Shown: positions 24,989-33,648 of the stretch, piece after piece
Layout of the letters: each line of letters opens with the position of its first letter
How positions within the stretch are numbered: the stretch's first letter is position 1
Virus record (IMG/VR): IMGVR_UViG_3300038379_000822
Span: 1-64,000 of that record
Origin: a virus
Direction: 5' to 3' (one strand)
Length of the DNA: 64,000 nucleotides
Position numbers and translations under genes: made by a program
The notes under the pieces: model-generated
The model's database searches: none
Told to the model about the DNA's origin: nothing
Seen by the model: only the letters and a program-made list of their open reading frames with translations

Positions 24989-25611
24989 ACACCGACGACA
25001 TCATCATCCTGCACGGCAAGCACGCGACGCGTGAGGAGGGCATGTGCGCGATGGAGCTGGTGGCCTACCTCGCGGGCGAGGTGCACAGCGATCGTCCGCA
25101 TTGCGCATGCCCGGTGCTGGCTGAGGCGGCGCGCGTGCTGAACGATCTCATCGACAACGACGCTGACCGAACGCGGATCATGCGTCCCGTCGCCGAGGCG
25201 CTGGTGGGTTCGCGCCGCGACGCTGCAACGGCGCAGCGCCGTGCGTACCGGCTCGCCGACTTCGCCGTCCGCGTGGCGGCGCCTGCGGCGCTCGACGCCG
25301 CGGGGCGTGCGGAGAATGCGGCGCAACTGCGAGCAGTATCGCCGATCGTCGACCCGGATACCGCAAGAACTGCGTGTGACGCCGCCTACGCCTACGCCTA
25401 CGCCGCCACCGCCGCCACCGCCGCCACCGCCGCCACCGACGTCGCCGCCATCAACGCCGCCATCGCCGCCACCTACGCCACCAACGCCACCGACGTCGCC
25501 GCCATCAACGCCGCCATCGCCGCCATCAACGCCGCCATCGCCGCCAACGCCGCCGGCATGCGCAAAGAACTCGCTTCGCTCATCATCGAGCTGGCCAAGG
25601 AGGAAACGTGA
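24985..25611 (+). CDS. Paralog family P member 4; likely non-canonical CTG start (the track ORF starts at ATG 25042)
   Basis: The in-frame sequence upstream of ATG 25042 reads LNTDDIIILHGKHATREEG, homologous to the N-termini of members 1 and 5. The only plausible start is CTG 24985, 4 nt after AAGGAGG, overlapping the previous TGA (CTGA). Confidence 0.65.
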   Translation: MNTDDIIILHGKHATREEGMCAMELVAYLAGEVHSDRPHCACPVLAEAARVLNDLIDNDADRTRIMRPVAEALVGSRRDAATAQRRAYRLADFAVRVAAPAALDAAGRAENAAQLRAVSPIVDPDTARTACDAAYAYAYAATAATAATAATDVAAINAAIAATYATNATDVAAINAAIAAINAAIAANAAGMRKELASLIIELAKEET

Positions 25612-26168
25612 ACGACATCGTCATCCTGCGCGGCGAACACAAGACGCGCGAGGAAGGCATGTGCGCGATGGAGCTGGTGGCCTACCTCGCGGGCGAGGAG
25701 CACAGCGATCATCCGCGGTGCGCGTGCCCAGTGCTGGCCGGCGCCGCTCGCGGTCTGAACGACCGCATCCGCGACGACGCCAAGCGAACGCGGATCATGC
25801 TGCCGGTCGCTGAGGCGCTGGTCGGCTCGCGACGCGACGCTGCAACGGAGCAGCGCCGTGCGTACCGGCTCACCGACTTCGCCGTCCGCGTGGCGGCGCC
25901 TGCGGCGCTCGACGCCGTAGGTTACACGGAGGATGCAGCGCGGCTGCGGGCGCTGTCGCCGATCGTCGACCCGGATACCGCAAGGACTGCGAGTGACGCC
26001 GCCAACGCCCGCGCCTTCTCCAATGCCCTCGCCTATGCCGCCTATGCCGCCGCCGCCGCCGCCGCCGACGTCGCCCTCGCCTATGCCGCCGCCGCCGCCG
26101 CCTGCGCCGCCGGCATGCACGTAGCGCTTGCGGAGCTGATCGTCGCGCTCGCTAACGAGACGCCTTGA
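25608..26168 (+). CDS. Paralog family P member 5
   Basis: GTG 25608 follows AAGGAGGAAAC and overlaps the previous stop. REEGMCAMELVAYLAGEEHSDHPRCACPVLAGAARGLND. Ala/Tyr-rich repeat region. Confidence 0.75.
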   Translation: MNDIVILRGEHKTREEGMCAMELVAYLAGEEHSDHPRCACPVLAGAARGLNDRIRDDAKRTRIMLPVAEALVGSRRDAATEQRRAYRLTDFAVRVAAPAALDAVGYTEDAARLRALSPIVDPDTARTASDAANARAFSNALAYAAYAAAAAAADVALAYAAAAAACAAGMHVALAELIVALANETP

Positions 26169-26698
26169 TGAACCACAACAGCGCCCGTCGCGCTGCTGGA
26201 GCACAAGCCATGCATTCCGATCTTCGTGACCTGCTGCTTCGACTCGAAGACGCGCTAGAAACGATCGCGAGCATCAAACTCGCGTATAAGGCTGCCTTGG
26301 CGGTAGCGTGGCGGCATCCGGCATGGACCGAGATGTCGTTCCACTTCAACGACATCGCCGCACGGTGCCTCGATCTGATCGCCGAGACGGAGCGAGCGTT
26401 CAACGCCATCCTTCGCGTGCGCGATGTCGCGCGATGCGAGGCCGCGTTCGAAGCGGTTCGTGGGCTGTTCGAGGCGCAAGAGCGAGTGGTCCAAGCCCTG
26501 GATGATTGGCAGAGGCTCGCGCTGACCGACGCCAAGAGTCGCGACGTGGAGCTCGCACTCCTGGACCTCCAGGCAACGCTGCGCCACCGCGACGGCGTGC
26601 TTGTGGATCTCGCTCCACTCATCGCGGAAGCCAAAGCATGGCGGACCTCGAACGCGCCCTCGGTGAGCCGGCCACTCTCGCCGCTCCGCGAGAACTGA
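26165..26698 (+). CDS. Hypothetical helical protein (177 aa)
   Basis: ATGA overlap with the previous stop. Confidence 0.6.
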   Translation: MMNHNSARRAAGAQAMHSDLRDLLLRLEDALETIASIKLAYKAALAVAWRHPAWTEMSFHFNDIAARCLDLIAETERAFNAILRVRDVARCEAAFEAVRGLFEAQERVVQALDDWQRLALTDAKSRDVELALLDLQATLRHRDGVLVDLAPLIAEAKAWRTSNAPSVSRPLSPLREN

Positions 26699-26700
26699 CC

Positions 26701-27129
26701 ATGGTCATGCTTTCGCGATCAATGCGGAGCGCCATCGTGCTTCCAGGTGTCGAGCTGATTCGCGACCAACTTGAGATAATACTCGACCGGCTTCCGCGGG
26801 AAGCGTTCGCTGCGACGAACCTGCGCATCGCGTTCGAGCTGCCGTACGACGGCGTCAACACTCTGGCTGTGCTCGTCGTCGACCTGACGTCCGATGCGAC
26901 GGTGCGCGTGACCACCACGAATCGGGATGACTGTGATCTGCGCCTCTTCATCCCCCAGGAAGACTTCCTGGCGATCGCGACCGGCCGCTCGTCGCTGATG
27001 TCGCGCTTCGATCATGGCACCATCCTGGTTGCTGGCGACATCGCGCTGTTCGAGCGGCTGCTTCAGCTGCTGCCGCATCTCGAGCGGCTATGGAACGAGG
27101 AAGGAACTTCATCGCATGAAGCCGAGTAG
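26701..27129 (+). CDS. SCP2-like (sterol-carrier/alkylsulfatase C-terminal-like) domain protein, tentative
   Basis: ATG 26701 lies 2 nt after the previous stop (alternative ATG 26638). The pattern DLRLFIPQEDFLAIATGRSSLMSRFDHGTILVAGDIALFERLLQLL resembles SCP2. Confidence 0.5.
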   Translation: MVMLSRSMRSAIVLPGVELIRDQLEIILDRLPREAFAATNLRIAFELPYDGVNTLAVLVVDLTSDATVRVTTTNRDDCDLRLFIPQEDFLAIATGRSSLMSRFDHGTILVAGDIALFERLLQLLPHLERLWNEEGTSSHEAE

Positions 27130-27679
27130 CCATCGTCTCACCGTTGAGCTACCCGCGCGCCTTGCCGCGGGGCTGTTGCGCTTCACGTCGGACGCAGCGG
27201 ACCACGACATGGTCGTCGTGTCGCTCAAACGCAACAAGCTGCGCTTCGTGGTGCACGCGCACGACGGCTGGAGCGCCGAGATTTCGCAGTTCGTGCACGA
27301 TGACGACCGGCAGCTCTGGTGCGTTCAAGCGCGAACGTTGCGCGCGGCTGTGCGCGCCGTAGGGCTACGTGGCCTCATCGTGCTGAGCGAGGCCCTCAAG
27401 CCCGACCTGCTTCAGGTAGACGCCAGCACGAACAGCGTCGGCGTCGGCATGCTTAGCACCCCGTGGAAGACGATTTCCAAGCAACGCACACAGGAGCCAG
27501 TCACGCACGTCCGCGTCGCCGCGGCTCGCTTGGTGCATGCGGCGGCGCTGGCGAAAGCGATCGGCGCGGAGGCCACGATCGCTCCGGACTTCGCCGGCGC
27601 GGTCTTGATGATGAAGGGGCCCGCTAGTCGCGAAGGCGGCCAACTTTCGCTTCGCATCGAGATGCCGCGAGCCGCTTGA
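27116..27679 (+). CDS. Hypothetical protein (187 aa)
   Basis: ATG 27116 is preceded by GAGGAAGGAA. 14-nt overlap with the previous gene. Confidence 0.6.
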   Translation: MKPSSHRLTVELPARLAAGLLRFTSDAADHDMVVVSLKRNKLRFVVHAHDGWSAEISQFVHDDDRQLWCVQARTLRAAVRAVGLRGLIVLSEALKPDLLQVDASTNSVGVGMLSTPWKTISKQRTQEPVTHVRVAAARLVHAAALAKAIGAEATIAPDFAGAVLMMKGPASREGGQLSLRIEMPRAA

Positions 27680-27688
27680 CGCCCCATC

Positions 27689-27704
27689 TGCTAGCATGCT
27701 AGCA
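27689..27704. promoter_or_regulatory. TGCTAGCATGCTAGCA palindrome (site 3)
   Basis: Perfect 16-bp palindrome followed by CCAG, in the 48-nt gap between plus-strand genes (27679/27728). Confidence 0.6.
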
Positions 27705-27727
27705 CCAGTAACCGCCACGGAGACCCC

Positions 27728-28927
27728 ATGAACAACAAGACGGCGGAGGAGCTGCGCAACAAGCTCGCCGCGGAGATTCAGAAGAATGGCGGCGACCAGC
27801 AGCTGCTCGGGTACCAGTTCGGAGCGCGCTGGCCCGAGAACAAGGGCTCGCTCTACCCGCGCGAGCAGATCGCGAAGATCTGCGAGGAGCAGGGATTCAA
27901 GAACGCTGCCAAGGTGGCGCGCGAGTGCACGCCCGAACAGGCGCTCGTCGATGCCGTGCGCGCGCGCGGCGCCATCCTCGCTGCCGACGCGGCGAAGAAC
28001 CTCGAGAAGCACTCTTCGGGGAATCGGAAGTACATCTTCCACATCAATCCGCTCTACGCCGACAAGGACGACGGGCACTTGCGAGCCTTCGGTGTGTACC
28101 GTGAGCAGCGCAGCGAAAGTGAGCGCTCGTCGTCCTTCGAGCGACTCGGCGCGCGTATCTACGCGACCAGTGAGCAGGTCGTCGCGTCGGCCCCGCTCGA
28201 TGGTGCCCCAGACGCGTCCGCCGAGATCATCGCTGCCGAGATCACGAGACACGCCGGCGTGCTGCTCGAGTTCCTCGACAACACGCTGATGGGCAAGGTG
28301 TTGCTGGCCTGCTATGCGCAGGCTGGCGCCATCGTGCATCTATGTGAAGGGCTGCGCCTCTGCCTGGACCTCGACGCGGGCAGCCGCCTCGTCGATCTGA
28401 TCATCCGGTTGAAGTCGGAGGCCCAGGTGCCGGTGTCGTTCGAGCCGCGGTTCCGCGGCGGCCTATCCGAGGCGCATGCGTCGGAGAGCCTCACGCGAAG
28501 CATGGTGCAACGCATCGATCAACTCTGCCGCCAGCTGGCCGGAGAGTCCGGGCGTACCGTTCGCCCGCTGACGCTGATCCGTCGGCAGGACGAGCTCAAC
28601 GCGATGCTCGACGACGTGCAGCGCTATGCGAGCCTGCTCGACACCTTCAAGCAGAACATCGTCGTGAAGGTCGAGAGCCTCAAGGAGCAGTACCTGGCCG
28701 CACAACGCGGCCGAACGCTCCAGCTGCCGGACTGGGCACTCGAGGAGCCAAGCAGTGACGCCAACCTCTTCGCCAGCGTCACTGAGGACGCCGTGCCGGA
28801 GAGCGACCGTGCTGCGGTCATCCCGGATGGCGACGTCGACGCTACGGCGCCTCCGCCGCCCGCAACGCCACCACCCGTTGCGCCAACGACCGCACAAAGG
28901 CGCAGCGCGCTGGACGACTGGGCGTGA
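27728..28927 (+). CDS. Hypothetical protein (399 aa), Pro-rich C-terminus
   Basis: Long ORF with balanced composition. First gene after palindrome site 3. Confidence 0.75.
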   Translation: MNNKTAEELRNKLAAEIQKNGGDQQLLGYQFGARWPENKGSLYPREQIAKICEEQGFKNAAKVARECTPEQALVDAVRARGAILAADAAKNLEKHSSGNRKYIFHINPLYADKDDGHLRAFGVYREQRSESERSSSFERLGARIYATSEQVVASAPLDGAPDASAEIIAAEITRHAGVLLEFLDNTLMGKVLLACYAQAGAIVHLCEGLRLCLDLDAGSRLVDLIIRLKSEAQVPVSFEPRFRGGLSEAHASESLTRSMVQRIDQLCRQLAGESGRTVRPLTLIRRQDELNAMLDDVQRYASLLDTFKQNIVVKVESLKEQYLAAQRGRTLQLPDWALEEPSSDANLFASVTEDAVPESDRAAVIPDGDVDATAPPPPATPPPVAPTTAQRRSALDDWA

Positions 28928-28941
28928 TCAGGAGGACCACC

Positions 28942-29451
28942 ATGAACGACTCCGTCAAGCTGCTCATCGTCCGCCCAGGCCAGCCGCTCACGTTCGAGAC
29001 CAAGAGCGTCGAGCGCGCCGCGTTCCTCGCGGAAGCGCGGGAAGTGCTCGATGGCTATGTCGACGTCATCCGCGACCCCGGGGGCCTCGTCGGAGTCGAT
29101 GCTTGGATCTCCGATGACGGGCTCCTTCGCTGTAAGAGCGACCCCGACCCGTACGGCCCGTTCTCCCCGAGCATGAAGTTTCGCTCGTTCATGACGGATG
29201 AGCTGATCGTCTGCGGACCGATCGTGTTCACGGGGCGCGCCGATCTGGGTAGCGGCACGGATGTGGCGAGCCTCACCCCGACGCAGCGAGACCATCTCAT
29301 CCGCGCCGCGGAGGCCGTGCGGTCGCAGGGCGCCTACTGCGATCTGTTCGGTAACGGCTTCCACCCTGCGACGCGCGACCAGATCGACTTCAATCGGCCG
29401 ATGGTCAGCGTCTTCTCTTGGCCCGAGTCGGCCCCGAGCGAGGGAGGATGA
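28942..29451 (+). CDS. Hypothetical protein (169 aa; possibly DUF3846-like)
   Basis: ATG 28942 is preceded by AGGAGG. N-terminal VKLLIVRPGQPL...VLDGYVDVI...DAWISDDGLL resembles DUF3846 (weak, from memory). Confidence 0.6.
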   Translation: MNDSVKLLIVRPGQPLTFETKSVERAAFLAEAREVLDGYVDVIRDPGGLVGVDAWISDDGLLRCKSDPDPYGPFSPSMKFRSFMTDELIVCGPIVFTGRADLGSGTDVASLTPTQRDHLIRAAEAVRSQGAYCDLFGNGFHPATRDQIDFNRPMVSVFSWPESAPSEGG

Positions 29452-29756
29452 CGATGGCTACGGCGGGCACCATTCCTGTGCCGAACGCGCACTCGATCTC
29501 CGAGCAACCTGATCTACCGGATGGCAGCGTCATCGTACTGTTCGCCCGTGCTGGGTATCTGGAGCATGTCGGCGTATTCACCGTGCACCGCGTTGACGGT
29601 GAGCTCGGACTCCGGATGCTCGCTCCATGTCAGCAGTGGCCACGATACGTCGTCATGTGGTCGGACCTGACTGCCGGCATCTGGTGGCCGCATCACGCGT
29701 ACATGGAGCAGATGTACCTGAAGATGCATCTGATTCGCCCGTGGAGCACGCCATGA
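29448..29756 (+). CDS. Hypothetical Trp-rich protein (about 100 aa)
   Basis: ATG 29448 or 29454 follows GGGAGG and overlaps the previous stop. Shares the W.DL..G.WWP module with the next gene. Confidence 0.6.
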   Translation: MTMATAGTIPVPNAHSISEQPDLPDGSVIVLFARAGYLEHVGVFTVHRVDGELGLRMLAPCQQWPRYVVMWSDLTAGIWWPHHAYMEQMYLKMHLIRPWSTP

Positions 29757-30718
29757 CGACCCGTGCTGCCGCAGCGTTCAATGCTCCGGTGTCGGTGCAG
29801 TTTCCACCACAGCGGCATCATCACAAGAGCGTGATGCTCGCCGCGGTCGACCCGACGGGAGCAACCCTCATCGGCATGTACTCTATCCGCTGGGACACTA
29901 CCGGTAGGTGCATGTACCTCGACCGGAACTACCGGTGGCACGACTGGCGTGCATTGCGCAGCGGTGTCTGGTGGCCGGCTGCCGCATTCGAGGCCTTGCG
30001 GTCGCTTCCTCCGCCCGTGGTAGAAGCCGACGGTCGCCAGTGGCGCAGGCTTCCCGACGCACCCGACTCACCGCGCTGGGTGCTCGTGTTCAGCCCGAGG
30101 CTGGACCATACCTGGATCGCCCGCTTCTTCGACGGATCATGGCAGCCACACCCGAGCGACATGGACCAAGATGCGCGGTGGTGTGAACTCCCGAAGTGGG
30201 GCCTGGCGCTCCCGCCGCCCTACGCGGTCGCGTCCCTGCCACCAGTCCCTGTTTTGGGCGATCCGTGTTCCATCACGCACGTCCCTAATCTGCGGTGCGG
30301 TTCCGCGGTGGTGCTGGCGGCCACGGGTGCGCGCGGACTTGAAATGATTGGTCCGCATCCAGTCATGCTTGCCACGCATGGCGTGGCCTACCGCACCCAG
30401 AATGGCGGATATGTCGCATGGGACTCCTTGCGCAGCGGTGTGTGGTGGTACGAGAAGACGTTCGATGAACTGGCCATTACTCCACGGCCATGGCCCGGGA
30501 GTGACGATGTCGAGTGGCACACGATGGATGTGGTACCCGAGAGCGACGGATGGCTGCTCGTGAAGGAGCCTGACGGCAACGCCCTGATGGGGCGTTGGCG
30601 TGGCGGAGTATGGTTCCCATGGGGCACGATGCTCGGCCCTAATCCAGAAGCGCGATGGTGCTACCCGCCGTCTTCGTGGTACGAGGCGTGGCGCGAAGCC
30701 AGCAGGTCGGGATCGTGA
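29753..30718 (+). CDS. Trp-rich repeat protein (321 aa) with DUF551-like segments
   Basis: ATGA overlap. Internal duplication WRALRSGVWWPAAAF / WDSLRSGVWWYEKTF and RWVLVFSP...ARWCELP / GWLLVKEP...ARWCYPP. Confidence 0.7.
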   Translation: MTTRAAAAFNAPVSVQFPPQRHHHKSVMLAAVDPTGATLIGMYSIRWDTTGRCMYLDRNYRWHDWRALRSGVWWPAAAFEALRSLPPPVVEADGRQWRRLPDAPDSPRWVLVFSPRLDHTWIARFFDGSWQPHPSDMDQDARWCELPKWGLALPPPYAVASLPPVPVLGDPCSITHVPNLRCGSAVVLAATGARGLEMIGPHPVMLATHGVAYRTQNGGYVAWDSLRSGVWWYEKTFDELAITPRPWPGSDDVEWHTMDVVPESDGWLLVKEPDGNALMGRWRGGVWFPWGTMLGPNPEARWCYPPSSWYEAWREASRSGS

Positions 30719-31224
30719 CGCCGGTGGAGAGAGCGCTGCGCGTCGTACGTGGCCGTGCGCCCCATTTTGCGGAGCCGCTCCGGCTGTCCGGCCTGTTGCT
30801 GGACGCGTTGCATGACGCGCGCGTCGTCTGCTTTTGGCAGGAGCGAGGCTATCCCATCTCGCTGAACAACCAGTATCTGGTGGAGAGCTCTGAGGACGAT
30901 GGCGAATGCATGCTCAGCCTTGAAGCTGCGCTACTCTTGCGGCGCCACCCACGACTCGGCAGCGTCGCCTTTCCTCTCACGCCGGAGGGTCTATGTGATC
31001 TCGCTCTGCGAGCGTCGCCGACGTGGCAATACGCGCAGAACGCGCTCGCATGCTTGAGCGCCGGCGACATGGCAGAGGCTCTCGAGGCATACGGTGACAA
31101 CTATGCGCCCTATGCGGGCAAGATGATCCGGGCGTTCTCCGTGACGCCGGTATCGGACGATGTCGATGCGTGGCTGTCCGACATGGAGATGGTGCAGTCG
31201 GAACTTCAGCGTGTTGGGCTATAG
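30715..31224 (+). CDS. Hypothetical protein (169 aa, GTG start)
   Basis: GTG 30715 overlaps the previous stop (GTGA). Confidence 0.6.
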   Translation: MTPVERALRVVRGRAPHFAEPLRLSGLLLDALHDARVVCFWQERGYPISLNNQYLVESSEDDGECMLSLEAALLLRRHPRLGSVAFPLTPEGLCDLALRASPTWQYAQNALACLSAGDMAEALEAYGDNYAPYAGKMIRAFSVTPVSDDVDAWLSDMEMVQSELQRVGL

Positions 31225-31232
31225 TGATTCCA

Positions 31233-31424
31233 ATGGCACACTACGATCGGGCCGCGATGGAAGCACTCGTGGAAGAACTCAAAGACGAGATCGCCGACTT
31301 GCGGCGCGCGATCGTCTACCAACGTTACCTCTTGCGGCGCGCCCATCGCGTGCTGCTCGTCGCTGCCGTCGTGCTGCTCGTTCTGCTCTTCGGCTACGTC
31401 GCGCTGATCGCGCTGCTGCCATGA
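31233..31424 (+). CDS. Small C-terminally membrane-anchored protein (63 aa)
   Basis: ATG 31233 (MAHYDRAAMEAL...). C-terminal VLLVAAVVLLVLLFGYVALIALL. Confidence 0.5.
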   Translation: MAHYDRAAMEALVEELKDEIADLRRAIVYQRYLLRRAHRVLLVAAVVLLVLLFGYVALIALLP

Positions 31425-32107
31425 CCGACACGCATCATTCGCCGCCGCCGGCTCGACGGCTCACCGAGCTACCGCTCGTTGGACTGCTCGTCGGCACGAC
31501 GAGCAGTCGAGTCTTCTCGACGGCCACTCTCGTCGTTCCGTCGCCGGTCGCCGGGTACGCGGTGCAGCAGGTCGAAGGGTTCCGCGATGGGTGCGTCACT
31601 GGATCGCTCGTGGAGTCATACTGGTGGGAACGCTTTCTCAAGACGGGCGACGCGATCATGCTCGACGAACCGACGGCCTCTCCATGGAACGAGGTCGAGG
31701 TGTGGCGCATCTCGCTAGAGGTTCAGCTCCTCGCTGCGCCCCACGAGGAGCCAGAGCGCGTACCAAGCCAGCTTCTGGCGCGGCACCATGATGTTGACTG
31801 CTGGCTGGTGGAGGTTGGCAACGCCGCGAAAGCGCTGCGCCGCCGCTGGTCGCGCGCGTTCCTCACGGGAGCGCGCGACCGGAGCTTCCATGCGAAGCTT
31901 CGTGAGAAGCTGGCGTTCGATGCATTCGCGCTCACGCCGACGCACGACGCCGAGGTATGGGGCGTGCTGGTGCACATCCTACGGCTTCAGGGTCGCATCG
32001 TCGGTGCGGATGGCATGCTGACCTCGGCCGGCACCAGCATCGGCGCGGACTTCGGCGCAGAAGTCGCTCGCGTCGAGCAGGAGGAACGCATGAGGGAGGG
32101 CGCATGA
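31421..32107 (+). CDS. Hypothetical protein (228 aa)
   Basis: ATGA overlap at 31421..31424. Confidence 0.6.
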   Translation: MTDTHHSPPPARRLTELPLVGLLVGTTSSRVFSTATLVVPSPVAGYAVQQVEGFRDGCVTGSLVESYWWERFLKTGDAIMLDEPTASPWNEVEVWRISLEVQLLAAPHEEPERVPSQLLARHHDVDCWLVEVGNAAKALRRRWSRAFLTGARDRSFHAKLREKLAFDAFALTPTHDAEVWGVLVHILRLQGRIVGADGMLTSAGTSIGADFGAEVARVEQEERMREGA

Positions 32108-32397
32108 TTCGCATCGCCGCCGACCTCATGAACGAGCTCTTGTGCGTCACCACTCTCAGTGGCGGCTGCCTGTATACCTTCATCCTGGTCACGTGCGCCA
32201 TGGTGCGCGGTTCGTCGTTCGTAGCCGTTGTCATGGAGTTTGGTTGGCACATCGCAATTGTTCATTCAGTGATGATGGCGGCCACCATCACGCTGAACTG
32301 CGGCGCGCTCGCCGCGTCGATCGTTGATGACACTATCGCGGCTGACCAACCCAGTGTCGCCCGAACGCGCCGCGCCAGCGCGAAGGCGGCCGCATGA
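32104..32397 (+). CDS. Small membrane protein (97 aa)
   Basis: ATGA overlap. Two to three hydrophobic segments. Lies in a region of lower G+C. Confidence 0.55.
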   Translation: MIRIAADLMNELLCVTTLSGGCLYTFILVTCAMVRGSSFVAVVMEFGWHIAIVHSVMMAATITLNCGALAASIVDDTIAADQPSVARTRRASAKAAA

Positions 32398-32651
32398 GGC
32401 ACCGTTCCGACGACGTCGACTGGAAGAACAGTCCGGAGATGTTCGTGTTCATGACCAACTGCGTGCTCATTGGCCTCGAGCTGTTGGTGTTCTTTGAGCG
32501 CGGTTTCCAGCGCGGTTCGTTTTCGTCAGCAGCCGCGGACGTGGTACATGAACTGTGGGTGTATTGTGTGCTGGCGCATTCGCTCCTGGTAGCTGTGGCC
32601 CTCACGATCGCCGGTGGCTATATTGCCAGAGAGGTGGAGCGTGACCTCTGA
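32394..32651 (+). CDS. Small membrane protein (85 aa)
   Basis: ATGA overlap. Hydrophobic segments FVFMTNCVLIGLELLVFF and VYCVLAHSLLVAVALTIAGGYI. Confidence 0.55.
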   Translation: MRHRSDDVDWKNSPEMFVFMTNCVLIGLELLVFFERGFQRGSFSSAAADVVHELWVYCVLAHSLLVAVALTIAGGYIAREVERDL

Positions 32652-32847
32652 GGACAAGTTCGACCGCTACCGCGAAGATCGCGTCTTCGAGATGGCCTTG
32701 GTGCATGCCACTATCCTGGTGGTGCCGATTCTTGTGGTCATCATCGAGTCTCTCGACGGGGGGTCGGCGACTGCCGTCGCCCGTGATCTGTGGGCGCACT
32801 TCGTGCTGAACCACGCCGTCTCTGTAGCTTTGTTCATCACGGGTTAG
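32641..32847 (+). CDS. Small membrane protein (68 aa from GTG 32641; alternative ATG 32614)
   Basis: GTG is preceded by GAGGTGGAG. Hydrophobic segments ALVHATILVVPILVVII and HFVLNHAVSVALFI. Confidence 0.5.
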   Translation: MTSEDKFDRYREDRVFEMALVHATILVVPILVVIIESLDGGSATAVARDLWAHFVLNHAVSVALFITG

Positions 32848-32890
32848 CTGGTGTACGACGAGTGATGCTCGCCAGCCTATCTGAGGAACC

Positions 32891-33205
32891 ATGACTCATC
32901 CCTATCGTGAAGCGCCGCCCCCCGAACCCACTCCTCCGCCTCCGAATCGGTGCGGCGACTGCCACTGGCGGCGGAAGGGCCATGACGGCAGCGGCGGCAT
33001 CTGCGGTGCTCCGGAGCTGAAGACCGACGAATGCTACAAGATCCACCCTGGCATCGGCAAGGCTTGCCGCTACTGGGAACCTGGTGATGAGCGCCGCACG
33101 CGCTTGATCGCCGCGCACACGCTAGTGATGATCCGCGTGTGGCCATGGCTCGTGCTGATCGCGTCGCTCAGCACCGCACTGCTCGCTGCGAAGTACGTAC
33201 GATGA
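32891..33205 (+). CDS. Cys-rich protein with a C-terminal TM segment (104 aa)
   Basis: CGDCHW...CGAPE...C...C motif, then VWPWLVLIASLSTALLAA. Confidence 0.55.
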   Translation: MTHPYREAPPPEPTPPPPNRCGDCHWRRKGHDGSGGICGAPELKTDECYKIHPGIGKACRYWEPGDERRTRLIAAHTLVMIRVWPWLVLIASLSTALLAAKYVR

Positions 33206-33642
33206 CCGACGAGAGACAGTCGAAGTCCCCGGCGGACCTTCTCAGCGAGACCGAGGAGTGGTTGCTCTTCCTCGGTCGCACGTCGCGCGACCCGCAGGGA
33301 ATGGCAACCGCCAAGGCCTGCATCAGGCACATGCGCGAGCTGCATGATCGGGTCACGTCGCTGCTGGCCGCATCCCCCGCGGCGGGCGATGCCTCGCAGG
33401 TGGGCTCCCTGTTGCCATGGCACGACATGGGCGACTTGGCCGTGCGCCTGAACCCGATGGGTGATGCTGGCTATGAAGTACGTCTATCCGCGGCTGGTTG
33501 GCTGGCGTACAGCATTGCGTCGGACCTATCCGCGACGACGCAAGAGCGGTGCTCGGTGCAGACGCACGCTACGAAGGCTGACGCCATGGTCGAAGCGGAC
33601 GCTCATGCGCGATCCCGCGGATGGCGGCTCGAAGGAAGGTGA
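33202..33642 (+). CDS. Hypothetical protein (146 aa)
   Basis: ATGA overlap at 33202..33205. Confidence 0.6.
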   Translation: MTDERQSKSPADLLSETEEWLLFLGRTSRDPQGMATAKACIRHMRELHDRVTSLLAASPAAGDASQVGSLLPWHDMGDLAVRLNPMGDAGYEVRLSAAGWLAYSIASDLSATTQERCSVQTHATKADAMVEADAHARSRGWRLEGR

Positions 33643-33648
33643 GACGCC

